Made by a program: the position numbers and the translations under genes. From contig OY760937.1 in NCBI GenBank assembly GCA_963664225.1, positions 448,001 through 512,000 of the forward strand: a stretch of DNA of 64,000 nt. The letters run 5' to 3'. Shown piece after piece: positions 39,953 to 49,233 of this stretch (position 1 is its first letter; each line of letters opens with the position of its first letter). The notes below the pieces were generated by a model, which saw only the letters and a program-made list of their open reading frames with translations, was not told the origin of the DNA and ran no database searches. Source of the DNA: Verrucomicrobiia bacterium. GTDB lineage: Bacteria; Verrucomicrobiota; Verrucomicrobiia; Limisphaerales; UBA1319.

Positions 39953-40234
39953 TTATAAGTATCCAGGCACCATGTGCGCAAGGATACTAATCCAGAATGC
40001 GCACCACGAAATGATCCCCAGTCTTCTGTGCCGTTTCATCAATAATAAACACAAAAGCAGCAAGACTCCCAATGAGGCTAACTGCAGATATATCCACCAC
40101 CTCGGCGCAAGCACAGCGCTGCCGACAATGAACATCTCGTAGAGAGGCTGCAACCATCCCGTGGTCAACGCACAGCCGATTGTGACGAATACCAAGACAC
40201 GAAGCATCAATGGCGCTACCTCATTCTGAGCCAT
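39953..40234 (-). CDS. Hypothetical membrane protein
   Basis: About 93 aa from ATG 40234, three hydrophobic segments. Confidence 0.4.
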   Translation of the reverse strand: MAQNEVAPLMLRVLVFVTIGCALTTGWLQPLYEMFIVGSAVLAPRWWIYLQLASLGVLLLLCLLLMKRHRRLGIISWCAFWISILAHMVPGYL

Positions 40235-40469
40235 AACTTGGAAAGTTGAACAATAACCGACTTGCGACGCAAACCACGATAGTGGAATAAGTCGCCGTCG
40301 CTCCGGTATAATCGGCCCACCCAGGCCCGAAGGGACGAAATTGGCAAGCCTGTGCTGGAACGAGTCTTCGAGCGGAGGCCCAGAGAACCTCCGCCCCAAT
40401 GACAAAAACACTGAAAGTGCGGCCTAAAACACAAACGCACCTGACCTCTCTGATCAGGCGCACCGTCCC

Positions 40470-40760
40470 TTAAATGGCCGGCTTATCGGCATCGAGAACC
40501 GGGGCCTTGGTCGTCGCGGGGGACTTCTTCACGGCCTTTTTGCCATGCTTCGCACTTTTCTTGGCCGTCTTGCCCTTGACGCCTTTTTTGACCGATTTTT
40601 TGTGAATGCTGTTTTTCACCGCAGGTGTGGTGGCTGTAGCGGGAGCGCTCACTGCGGCGGGTCCGGTTGCGGGCAATGCCGGAGCTTCCGCCTGGGCCTG
40701 GATGACCATGGGCATGCACAGAATGGCCGCAACCATCAAAAGACTGAACGTTTTTTTCAT
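40470..40760 (-). CDS. Small secreted Lys/Ala-rich low-complexity protein
   Basis: MKKTFSLL signal peptide, Pro/Ala linker, KKSVKKGVKGKTAKKSAKHGKK; hairpin at about 40437-40461 downstream. Confidence 0.7.
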   Translation of the reverse strand: MKKTFSLLMVAAILCMPMVIQAQAEAPALPATGPAAVSAPATATTPAVKNSIHKKSVKKGVKGKTAKKSAKHGKKAVKKSPATTKAPVLDADKPAI

Positions 40761-40793
40761 GGGAAATTTAAAAAAGGATTGTTTTAATTTTGA

Positions 40794-42725
40794 TTACTTG
40801 TCACCAAAAAGCTTTTCAAGCTCCGGATTCTTGGGATGCCCCAGCATGATCGCCTTCTGATAATGGTATTTGGCCAGGGCGGTGAATGGCGGCGTCTGTG
40901 TCGCATAGACAATGGCCAGGTTGTGATGCGCGCTGGCGTAATCGGGCGAGATTTGGATCGATTTGCGCAAAGCCGCCTCTGCGGCTTCCCGCTGTCCCTT
41001 TTGGCTGAAGGTGATGCCCAGATAATTCTGGGTTTCCGCGTTGTTCGGATCCAATTTTGCGGACCGGCTCAAGGCATTCAGCGCCTCGTCGAATTTATCC
41101 TGACGGAACTTCAGGATGCCCAGCAGGGAAAGGTTGTAGGCATCGTCCGGGGCCGTGGCCAGCGCGACTTTCAGGTTCTTCTCGGCATCGTCGAAACGAC
41201 CGCGCTCCAATTGAATGGCGGCGAGATTGCCCAGCGTGAATGCGTTCTTCTCATCCAGCTTGAGCACCTGGGTGTATTTGCGCTCGGCGTCGTCAAAGCG
41301 TCCCGCGGAGAAATCCCGGCGCGCCTCGGCCACCAGCGTGCCCGCGCCCGCAGGCAAATCGTTCATGCTGCGCTTGGCGGGAGCGGCAGCCGTCGTCGCA
41401 GCCATCTCCACAGGCCGACTGACTGCGGCGACCGGCGTCGGGGCTTTGAACAGAGCCAGTTCCTCGGCGGTGTAGGGTGTCTTTTTGGCCTCATACACCT
41501 CAATCCGCGCCTGGAGTGCGTCCAGATCCTTTTGCAATTGTTGCGCCTTCTTCGAGCTTTGCTTCCCATTGGTGGCCGCGTCCAGTTTGAGCTTCAAATC
41601 GTCGCGCTCCTGCTGAAGTTTGATCATCTGTTGCGCGTTCTCGTGCGACGGCTCCGCAACAACGACATCGGGTGCTCCCTTGAGGGTGGGGGGAGTCATC
41701 GCCTTGGTCTTCAAAATGGCGATATCCTTCCTCAACGACGCATTTTCAAACTGTAACTTCTTGAATTCCTCGCTGACGGCGGGCGTGGCCGCAATGGTTG
41801 TTGGTGCGCGGCTGGACAACTCGGTCTTCAACTGGGCCACCTGCTGTTTCAGGCTCGCATTCTCGTTCCTCAGCGCCGCGACTTCACCATCCGTTGCGGG
41901 AGTTGCTTTCTTGAACTCGGCGAGCTGCTTTTTGAGCGCCTCGTTTTCCGCCTTCAATTTCTTTGATGAAGACCGGGTCAGTTTTGGCTCGGCTTTGAGC
42001 TTGGAATCGAGAATCTGCTTCTCCTCGCGCAGGACGCCGATGGTTTTATTTTGTTCCTCGATTTTGCGATTCGCCTCGGCGAGCAGTTTCTTCGTTTCCG
42101 CCACCGAAGCCGGGTTGGTTGATTTGGCCATGCGGGCCTGGTCGTCCTTGATGGTCGTTTGCAAAAGCTCCCTCTCCTGCTCCAGCGCGCGAATCCGGGC
42201 TTCAGCCCGGGCCAGTTCCTGCGGCGCCACCGCTGCCGGTTGCGCGGACAATGCCTCCCTGAGTTTGGCTTCCAGAAGCTCCTTTTCTGAGGCCAGGCGG
42301 CGGTTCTCATCCGTCAGCGCCTGCACCTTGTTCTCAAGCCCGCCGGAGACCACGGGATTCTCAACCAGCGGCGTCATTGCCGGGCTGGCCACGGCGGCAG
42401 GCGCGATATTGGTCACGGCGGGTGTCGCAACGGCTGGAGCGGGCATCGATGGACGCAACCGATCGATCTTATCGTTCACGTAGTTGAGGCGGAACTGCAC
42501 CAGGCGTTCGCTCCAGTCCGGATAGGCCTTGTGCAAATTATTCAAACCGCTCTGCGCCTCGATCAATTTATCGTAGGCGGCGCGGTTCTGGCCATTTTGG
42601 AGGAGGTTATCCGCTTCCCGGATGGCGTTATAAATCCGGATGTATTGCGTGTCGGGTCCATCCGCGCGCGCATTGGCGCCACAAGCCACAAGCAGGGCGG
42701 CAATTAAGGCCATCAAAACTTTCAT
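40794..42725 (-). CDS. Exported coiled-coil + TPR protein
   Basis: Signal peptide, long heptad region, about five C-terminal TPR motifs. Confidence 0.8.
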   Translation of the reverse strand: MKVLMALIAALLVACGANARADGPDTQYIRIYNAIREADNLLQNGQNRAAYDKLIEAQSGLNNLHKAYPDWSERLVQFRLNYVNDKIDRLRPSMPAPAVATPAVTNIAPAAVASPAMTPLVENPVVSGGLENKVQALTDENRRLASEKELLEAKLREALSAQPAAVAPQELARAEARIRALEQERELLQTTIKDDQARMAKSTNPASVAETKKLLAEANRKIEEQNKTIGVLREEKQILDSKLKAEPKLTRSSSKKLKAENEALKKQLAEFKKATPATDGEVAALRNENASLKQQVAQLKTELSSRAPTTIAATPAVSEEFKKLQFENASLRKDIAILKTKAMTPPTLKGAPDVVVAEPSHENAQQMIKLQQERDDLKLKLDAATNGKQSSKKAQQLQKDLDALQARIEVYEAKKTPYTAEELALFKAPTPVAAVSRPVEMAATTAAAPAKRSMNDLPAGAGTLVAEARRDFSAGRFDDAERKYTQVLKLDEKNAFTLGNLAAIQLERGRFDDAEKNLKVALATAPDDAYNLSLLGILKFRQDKFDEALNALSRSAKLDPNNAETQNYLGITFSQKGQREAAEAALRKSIQISPDYASAHHNLAIVYATQTPPFTALAKYHYQKAIMLGHPKNPELEKLFGDK

Positions 42726-43045
42726 GGGAGGCGATCATAGCGGACTGGACGAAAGCCAGGCAAGATGAGAGTGGCGAAAAACTTCACAGTCGAAATCCAG
42801 TCCCTATGATCAAATAAAGCCAATCCGGGCAAATTCGGCCACTCGTTGGACCACAGCTCCATCCATTAAGAAATCGGCTTCCTGCGTCTGAATCTGCGGA
42901 TTGTAACGATGGGACCTGAAATAAATGAAAAGACTCACTCTTTTTGTGACTATTTGTTGAACACGCTGTAAATTGCACGGTCCAATACATGAATGCGTCA
43001 ACGACCGCTGAAAACTGAAATCAGATTGAGAGCCTCTCAAGGGCC

Positions 43046-43062
43046 TTGGTATGGTTTAAGCT
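43046..43062 (+). promoter_or_regulatory. Candidate sigma-54 (-24/-12) promoter
   Basis: TTGGTATGGTTTAAGCT has GG-N10-GC spacing, 30 nt before ATG 43093. Confidence 0.4.
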
Positions 43063-43092
43063 ACACAATCTTTGACGAGCAACGGAAAACCT

Positions 43093-43251
43093 ATGACAAA
43101 GATACTGGATCAAATAGACGAAGTCATTCGAAATCCTAAACATCCCTTCCGGCAGGTTGCTGACCGACCGGAAAAACCTCAGAAACATCGGTATGAACGC
43201 CGCAAAGTAAGAGAATTCATGAAAAGCGGCGACTGGTCCTCTGAAAAATAA
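43093..43251 (+). CDS. Small basic hypothetical protein (52 aa, not in ORF track)
   Basis: MTKILDQIDEVIRNPKHPFRQVADRPEKPQKHRYERRKVREFMKSGDWSSEK; own promoter candidate and terminator. Confidence 0.65.
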   Translation: MTKILDQIDEVIRNPKHPFRQVADRPEKPQKHRYERRKVREFMKSGDWSSEK

Positions 43252-43276
43252 CTAAATTTACATTTCACAATTAATG

Positions 43277-43303
43277 AAAGGCCACGCGGGAGCGTGGCCT
43301 TTT
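43277..43303 (+). terminator. Terminator, possibly bidirectional
   Basis: AAAGGCCACGC-GGGA-GCGTGGCCTTTT. Confidence 0.8.
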
Positions 43304-43354
43304 GTTTGCCCGACTCCTGGGCCTTTTCCGGCAGACTTTTCCCCGGTTTAAGGT

Positions 43355-43741
43355 CTAATCCAGCGGTTCCCGTCCCGCATATCCGGCCCCCAAATCGTGC
43401 CAGTATCCGATATCCTCCTCACTCGATTCCCAGCACAGAAACACTTCGCGCCCATCGAGAATCGACGGAAAATCGACCAGCCCGCGGTCCAGATCCTTCA
43501 ATACGATTTGTCGGCGGCTGAATTCCAATAGCAGAGACTGCAATTCAGTCAGATTGGAAACCCAGCGATGAATCGGTTCGCCGCCCAGATCGCAACCATC
43601 GGCCAGTTTATGCGCGAATCGCTTGTCGAAATCCCGCAAATCCTCCCGGTATTGAACAATTTTAGCCAGCCATGCCCTGATTTCAGGCAATAGTTCGCGG
43701 GCTTCCTCGCGCGTATAATGTTTTTTGAACTGCAAATCCAT
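43355..43741 (-). CDS. DUF2203 family protein
   Basis: YTREEARELLP, LKDLDRGLVDFP, FLCW, YWH...GYAGREPL. Confidence 0.85.
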   Translation of the reverse strand: MDLQFKKHYTREEARELLPEIRAWLAKIVQYREDLRDFDKRFAHKLADGCDLGGEPIHRWVSNLTELQSLLLEFSRRQIVLKDLDRGLVDFPSILDGREVFLCWESSEEDIGYWHDLGAGYAGREPLD

Positions 43742-43778
43742 GGGTCACGGAAGGTTGGCAGCTCAAACCAGGCCCATT

Positions 43779-45506
43779 TCAAGGCTTGGCCGAGACGGCA
43801 TTCATTTTTTTTCGGACCTCGTCGTTCGCTTCGATCTCCAAGGATTTCCTCCAGGCCTCCACCGCCTTGGAAGTCTGGTTCAATCCCATATGAATATCCC
43901 CCAGGTGATCGTAGAGCGTCGCATCGGGTTTGGGGGATAAGGAGATCGCTTTCAATATCTGCGCCAGGGCCTCTTTGTGCTTCTTGAGTTTGAAAAGCAC
44001 CCACGCCTCACTGTCCAGATAAGCCGGATTTTCAGGATCGAGCTTGAGGGCCTTCTCGATCAGTTGACGCGATTCCTCGAGTTTCATCCCGCGATCGGCC
44101 CACATATACCCCAGATAATTCATCGTCTCGGGATCGTTGGGCGACATATCCAGCACCTTTCGAAAATACTTCTCCGCCTCGGCGTATTCCCCCATGCGTT
44201 CATGCGTGGATCCCACTTCAAAAAAGAAAACCGGCGTCAAACGGTTGGTTTCATTGCCGCTGGCGATGACTTCAGCCCGCGTAAGATGGCCCAGGGCCTG
44301 CGGATATTGCTTCATCCGGCTGCACGCCAGGGCGGAATAAAATTCAAGCTGGAATGTCTGCGGGAATCGCTCTTTCACGCGAGCCAGCGTTGCCAGCGCC
44401 GCCTCGGGTTGGTCATCGGCGATCTGCATCCCGGCCAGGTCGTAATAAACCGGTTCGAATCCGGCGTTCAATTGAATCGTCCGTTGGAAATAATCGATCG
44501 CCTTCTTGAAGTCCTTCGTATCGGAGGCCAGCACGCCCAGTAAATAAGTGGCTTGAGGATTGTTGGGATTCTGCCGGACAATGCCTTCAAGCAACTCGAT
44601 CGCCCGCTTCTTGTCGTTATTGCGCAGATACACATCCGCCAGTTTTTCCCGCAAAGCCGGCAGGGAGGGATTTTCCTTGAGAAGTTGCGCGTAAATTTCC
44701 GAGGCTTTCTCCAACAGACCCAGGTCCGCATAGCGCTCCGCAATGCGCTGCCGCAGGGCGACCTCCGAGGGCTTGAGCTTTTCAGCGCTATTCAGGGCAT
44801 CGATGCCCCATTGCTTGAGCCGGTTGCCATCCGCCCCGGCCAGATTCCTGAAATGCACCATCGTATCGGCCAGATCCACATAATATCCCGGATCATCGCT
44901 CTTCTGGTGCGCCGCCGATTCAAGGATCTTGACGGCCTGCCGCGGTTGACCCGCTGTAAAATACATTTGCGCCAGGCTTTGAGAAGCGAGGATTTGCAGC
45001 GGATCCTTTTTCAGGGCGCTGCGGAAGGAAACGATGGCCTGGGGGTTATGATTCAGGGCGTTATGGGCCACGCCCAGCCACGCGTCGATGGCGCCCGACG
45101 CCCCGGGTTGGCTGGCGGCCTTGGTGAGTAAAAAAATCGCCTTGTCTGGATTCTTGCTTTGAAGAAGCTGTCGTGTGACATCCAGCACAAGCTCTTCATT
45201 GCCGGGGTCGGCCAATGCCGCCTCGTAAAAGTGCTTTAATGCCTCCGCTGGCGCCTGGTTCCATTCATACACCAACCCCGTCGTGAAATGCGCATACGCT
45301 TTGGCGCGTTTCTCAGCATCGGACGAGCCATTCAGGGCGGGGGACACCACCTCCACACTCCTGTCCGCAGGCCCGTTGGAACCCTTGTTTTCCGCGGCAG
45401 TGCCGCCGTTTTTGGTCCGATTGGAAGCGCATCCGCTCGCGCAAATCAGTAAAGCGCTCAATACGACCAACCAGCCGTTGCGCCAACTTTTTTGAGTTTG
45501 TGGCAT
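43779..45506 (-). CDS. TPR-repeat lipoprotein
   Basis: Lipobox ASGC, many TPRs, NYLGYMWAD...YLDS.AWV...DHLGD. Start moved to ATG 45506 because GTG 45527 lies inside a terminator hairpin. Confidence 0.85.
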   Translation of the reverse strand: MPQTQKSWRNGWLVVLSALLICASGCASNRTKNGGTAAENKGSNGPADRSVEVVSPALNGSSDAEKRAKAYAHFTTGLVYEWNQAPAEALKHFYEAALADPGNEELVLDVTRQLLQSKNPDKAIFLLTKAASQPGASGAIDAWLGVAHNALNHNPQAIVSFRSALKKDPLQILASQSLAQMYFTAGQPRQAVKILESAAHQKSDDPGYYVDLADTMVHFRNLAGADGNRLKQWGIDALNSAEKLKPSEVALRQRIAERYADLGLLEKASEIYAQLLKENPSLPALREKLADVYLRNNDKKRAIELLEGIVRQNPNNPQATYLLGVLASDTKDFKKAIDYFQRTIQLNAGFEPVYYDLAGMQIADDQPEAALATLARVKERFPQTFQLEFYSALACSRMKQYPQALGHLTRAEVIASGNETNRLTPVFFFEVGSTHERMGEYAEAEKYFRKVLDMSPNDPETMNYLGYMWADRGMKLEESRQLIEKALKLDPENPAYLDSEAWVLFKLKKHKEALAQILKAISLSPKPDATLYDHLGDIHMGLNQTSKAVEAWRKSLEIEANDEVRKKMNAVSAKP

Positions 45507-45517
45507 CGGAACAATGG

Positions 45518-45549
45518 AAAAGCGCACCCCGAACTAACGGGGTGCGTCT
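45518..45549 (-). terminator. Terminator after the bS22-like gene
   Basis: Minus strand CGCACCCCG-TTAGTT-CGGGGTGCG-CTTTT. Confidence 0.7.
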
Positions 45550-45579
45550 CGTAAAACCGCTGTGATGTACACCGGCCGC

Positions 45580-45681
45580 CTACTGCTGCCAGGTGCGCTT
45601 CTTGTGACGGTTGGCGCGCATCTTCTTACGGCGCTTGTGTTTATTAATTTTTGCTTTCCTGCGTTTCTTTAATGATCCCAT
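45580..45681 (-). CDS. 33-aa bS22 / mS38 (AURKAIP1/COX24, DUF1713)-like small ribosomal protein (not in ORF track)
   Basis: [33 protein letters not shown] matches the MGS.xKKRR..m.KhK.rK..r..R pattern. Confidence 0.85.
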   Translation of the reverse strand: MGSLKKRRKAKINKHKRRKKMRANRHKKRTWQQ

Positions 45682-45702
45682 AATCTAAACCTTAACCGCG
45701 TT

Positions 45703-46584
45703 TCAATATACCACCTTGTTCAGTGGATATTCAATAATTCCTTCCGCGCCAGCGGCCTTCAGGCGGGGAATCAACTCTCGCACGACATGCTCGTCGATTA
45801 TCGTTTCGACCGCGACCCATTCTGACTGGCTCAAACTTGAAACGGTTGGATTACGCAATGCGGGCAAACATTTCAACAACATTTCCAAATTTTTCTTCGG
45901 AACGTTCATTTTTACACCCACTTTGGCCTCCGCTTCGAGCGCTCCTTTGAGCAGCATGGCGATCGTTTCGATCTTCTCACGCTTCCAGCCATTCTTCCAG
46001 GCCGTGTGGTTGGCAATGAGCCGCGGTGTGGACGACAAAAGCGTATCGACGATGCGCAAGTTGTTCGCCTTCAAGCTTGAACCGGTCTCCGTCAATTCCA
46101 CGATCGCATCCACCAACTCGGCCGCCTTGAACTCCGTGGCGCCCCATGAAAACTCAACTTCGGCCTTGACGCCATGCTTCTTTAGATATTGGCGTGTGAT
46201 GTTCACCACCTCGGTGGCGATCCGTTTGCCTTCCAGATCCTTCACGGTCTGAACCGGCGACTTTTCCTGCACCGCCAAAACCCAGCGCGCGGGCTGACGC
46301 GTCGTTTTGCTGAAAAGAAATTCGCCCACTTCATGCACGTTGGAGCTGTTTTCCTGAATCCAATCGAACCCCGTGATGCCGCAATCCAGGTAGCCGTGAT
46401 CCACATAACGACTGATTTCCTGCGCCCGAATAAGCCGGATTTCCAACTCCGGATCATCCACATAGGGAACGTAGGAACGGCTGCTGACCCGGATATTAAA
46501 GCCGGCCTTGGCCATTTTTTCAATGGTGGCCTCTTGCAGGCTGCCTTTGGGCAACCCCAGTTTTAATACATTAGTTTCCTTCAC
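45703..46584 (-). CDS. hisG: ATP phosphoribosyltransferase (long form)
   Basis: [34 protein letters not shown]-terminal regulatory domain. Confidence 0.95.
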   Translation of the reverse strand: MKETNVLKLGLPKGSLQEATIEKMAKAGFNIRVSSRSYVPYVDDPELEIRLIRAQEISRYVDHGYLDCGITGFDWIQENSSNVHEVGEFLFSKTTRQPARWVLAVQEKSPVQTVKDLEGKRIATEVVNITRQYLKKHGVKAEVEFSWGATEFKAAELVDAIVELTETGSSLKANNLRIVDTLLSSTPRLIANHTAWKNGWKREKIETIAMLLKGALEAEAKVGVKMNVPKKNLEMLLKCLPALRNPTVSSLSQSEWVAVETIIDEHVVRELIPRLKAAGAEGIIEYPLNKVVY

Positions 46585-46593
46585 AGACGCTCA

Positions 46594-47232
46594 CTATACC
46601 GGAGTCCCGGCATCTTGCCAGTACGTTTGACGTCCGCGCACTGAAATCTGGCCCCGCGCGAAGGCCGCCGCCACTTCCGGATACACCGTCCGCTCCTGCT
46701 CTTGTATCCGTTCGTGCAGGGAGGCCGGGGTGTCGTTTTCAAGAACAGGCACCACCCTCTGGGCAATGATCGCTCCGGTATCCACCCCCTCGTCCACAAA
46801 ATGAACCGTGCATCCCGTAAACTTCACGCCGTAGTCCAGGGCTTGCTTCCAGGACTGAATCCCGGGAAACGCCGGCAACAGGGACGGATGGATGTTCACG
46901 ACCTTTTGAGGAAAGGCCCGCAGCAATCCGCCCTTTAAGATCCGCATGAATCCAGCCAGCAACACCAATTCCACGCCAGCCTCCTGCAACGCCGCCACAT
47001 AGGCCGGTTCGCTCGTCTCGTCGAGTTTCGTGCGAAAACGGCCCGGGGGTATGTGGCGCGCGGGTAATCCAAACGAAGCCGCATGGCTCAGGATGCCCGC
47101 ATCGGGGACATCGCTGATGACCATCGTGATTTGCGCCGGGATGGCACCCCGGGCGCAGGCCTCGGCAATGGCCACCATGTTCGACCCCTTGCCGGAGCCA
47201 AGTATTCCGATTCGAAATTGTGACGGACTCAT
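46594..47232 (-). CDS. purN: Phosphoribosylglycinamide formyltransferase
   Basis: [44 protein letters not shown] 47232 overlaps the rpoD stop (ATGA). Confidence 0.95.
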   Translation of the reverse strand: MSPSQFRIGILGSGKGSNMVAIAEACARGAIPAQITMVISDVPDAGILSHAASFGLPARHIPPGRFRTKLDETSEPAYVAALQEAGVELVLLAGFMRILKGGLLRAFPQKVVNIHPSLLPAFPGIQSWKQALDYGVKFTGCTVHFVDEGVDTGAIIAQRVVPVLENDTPASLHERIQEQERTVYPEVAAAFARGQISVRGRQTYWQDAGTPV

Positions 47233-49076
47233 TTTGGCGATTCTGTCTCCAGAAAACCCTGGAGGTGGCAAATCCTAGTCGGATGCCGCATTTTCCTCAA
47301 GGCCTTTGCCTCGATTTGACGAATCCGTTCCCGCGTCACTTTGAATTGTTTGCCAACCTCTTCCAGAGTCCGGGCATATCCATCGCCCAGCCCGAACCGC
47401 ATTTCCAAAACCTTCCGTTCCCTCTCGGTCAGACTGGTGAGAACATCGCCCAGCCGGTCCTTTAAAATGCTGAAACTCGTCGAATCCGATGGGTTTTCCG
47501 CGGATTTGTCCTCAATGAAATCCCCATAATTGGTATCCTCCCCGTCTGAAATGGGCGATTGCAGTGAGATCGGCTGCTGGGACATCTTCAGGATCGCGCG
47601 CACCCGCTCCACAGGCATCAGCATCTCATCGGCCACTTCATCCGCGGTCGGTTCCCGCCCATAATCCTGAACCAGCCGTTTTTGCACCCGGATCACACGA
47701 TTGATCGTTTCGATCATGTGAACGGGAATGCGAATCGTCCTTGCCTGGTCGGCTATCGACCGCGTGATCGCCTGCCGAATCCACCAGGTGGCGTATGTGG
47801 AAAATTTGTATCCGCGCCGATACTCGAACTTCTCCACCGCCTTCATCAGCCCCATGTTTCCCTCCTGAATCAGATCCAGAAAATTGAGGCCGCGGTTCGT
47901 GTACTTTTTGGCAATCGATATCACCAGCCGCAAATTGGCCTCCACCATCTCGATCTTCGCCTGGTTGGCCCTGGCGTCCGCCTGGTGGATTTGTCGGCAG
48001 ACTTCCATATAATCGGACCACGGCATCCGCGCAAATTGCTCGAGTGACCGGATTTTTTCCTGCTCGGCCTGAATTTGTTCGGCGTGATTTCCGGACGCCT
48101 CGTTCCGGTCCCGCAGAAGCGAATTCATGCTGATCTGCATTTTTTCCAGGACATTTTCCGAAACCAGCGCGATTTCCTTGATGATATTTTGTTTGTAGCA
48201 GAATTTGGGGAACATCTGCCGCATTTTCTCATTCCATTTCTTAAACGCCTTCCAACGCGCCGCTTTGGCCGCTCCGGCAGGGGCATCCCGCCATGTGATG
48301 TAGGCGTCCCCCACGATCTGATCCATGGCCTTGACTTCCTTGGCCAGTTTTCGCAGAAACCGCAGGTGCCCGGCCCGGTTCTCGAACTTCTTATCGAGAA
48401 TCACACGGTCAAATCGTTCCTTCGGTGGTTCGCAAATCAGTTTTTCTGCAACCGCGATATGCTCCTTCGCGGCAAAGCCCAAACAGTAAACCGCGCTTTT
48501 GACTTCCTCCTCGGCCTTCTCAATGCGTTTGGAGATGGCCACCTCCTGATCCCGCGTCAGCAGCGCAACCTGGCCCATCTGCTGCAAATACATCCGCACA
48601 GGATCATCCAGGATGTCCAGACGGCTTTTGTTGTCATCTCCGTCCTCCTGCTTCACATGGTCCACCTCGGCCTGATCGACAATCTCGATTTCAAGATTTC
48701 TCAGTTTGATGTGGACCGCTTCCACGTCCTCTGCGGTCACGGCGGATTCAGGCAGCACCTCCGATATGTCGCCATAGGTCAAACAACCCTGCTCCTGCGC
48801 CAGTTTGATCAATTCCTTGACCTTCTCCGCGATAACCGCCTCCGGAAGCGGGAGGATGGATGCCAACGGCGCTTTGACTTTTTTTGTTTTGCCGTTGGTC
48901 TTTTCTACAGAGCGGTTTTTACCGTTTGGTGGGGGTGGATTCTTAATGAACTGGCATTTGCCATCGTTCTTATTGCTTTGGGGCTGGCCTTTTCTTCCCG
49001 CCCGGCCGAAGTGAAATGGACGGGACTTGGTCATTGGTGCGCTATCAGCCTGTAATTTAGACATAGTTTTGCACAC
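47229..49076 (-). CDS. rpoD: RNA polymerase sigma-70 factor, RpoD-type
   Basis: Region 1.1, [69 protein letters not shown]. Confidence 0.93.
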   Translation of the reverse strand: MCKTMSKLQADSAPMTKSRPFHFGRAGRKGQPQSNKNDGKCQFIKNPPPPNGKNRSVEKTNGKTKKVKAPLASILPLPEAVIAEKVKELIKLAQEQGCLTYGDISEVLPESAVTAEDVEAVHIKLRNLEIEIVDQAEVDHVKQEDGDDNKSRLDILDDPVRMYLQQMGQVALLTRDQEVAISKRIEKAEEEVKSAVYCLGFAAKEHIAVAEKLICEPPKERFDRVILDKKFENRAGHLRFLRKLAKEVKAMDQIVGDAYITWRDAPAGAAKAARWKAFKKWNEKMRQMFPKFCYKQNIIKEIALVSENVLEKMQISMNSLLRDRNEASGNHAEQIQAEQEKIRSLEQFARMPWSDYMEVCRQIHQADARANQAKIEMVEANLRLVISIAKKYTNRGLNFLDLIQEGNMGLMKAVEKFEYRRGYKFSTYATWWIRQAITRSIADQARTIRIPVHMIETINRVIRVQKRLVQDYGREPTADEVADEMLMPVERVRAILKMSQQPISLQSPISDGEDTNYGDFIEDKSAENPSDSTSFSILKDRLGDVLTSLTERERKVLEMRFGLGDGYARTLEEVGKQFKVTRERIRQIEAKALRKMRHPTRICHLQGFLETESPK

Positions 49077-49233
49077 GCACTTGATTACTCCGATCTAAAA
49101 CCATCCCTATCTTCCTGCCGCCGTTTCGATTGTCAAGCGTTTGACAGTCTTTTTCTCAGCTTTTTTCCATTTTCACACAAACTACGTCTCCCGAAAACCC
49201 TGCAGCCGTCTTTTCGCAATAATTCAAGCGTGC

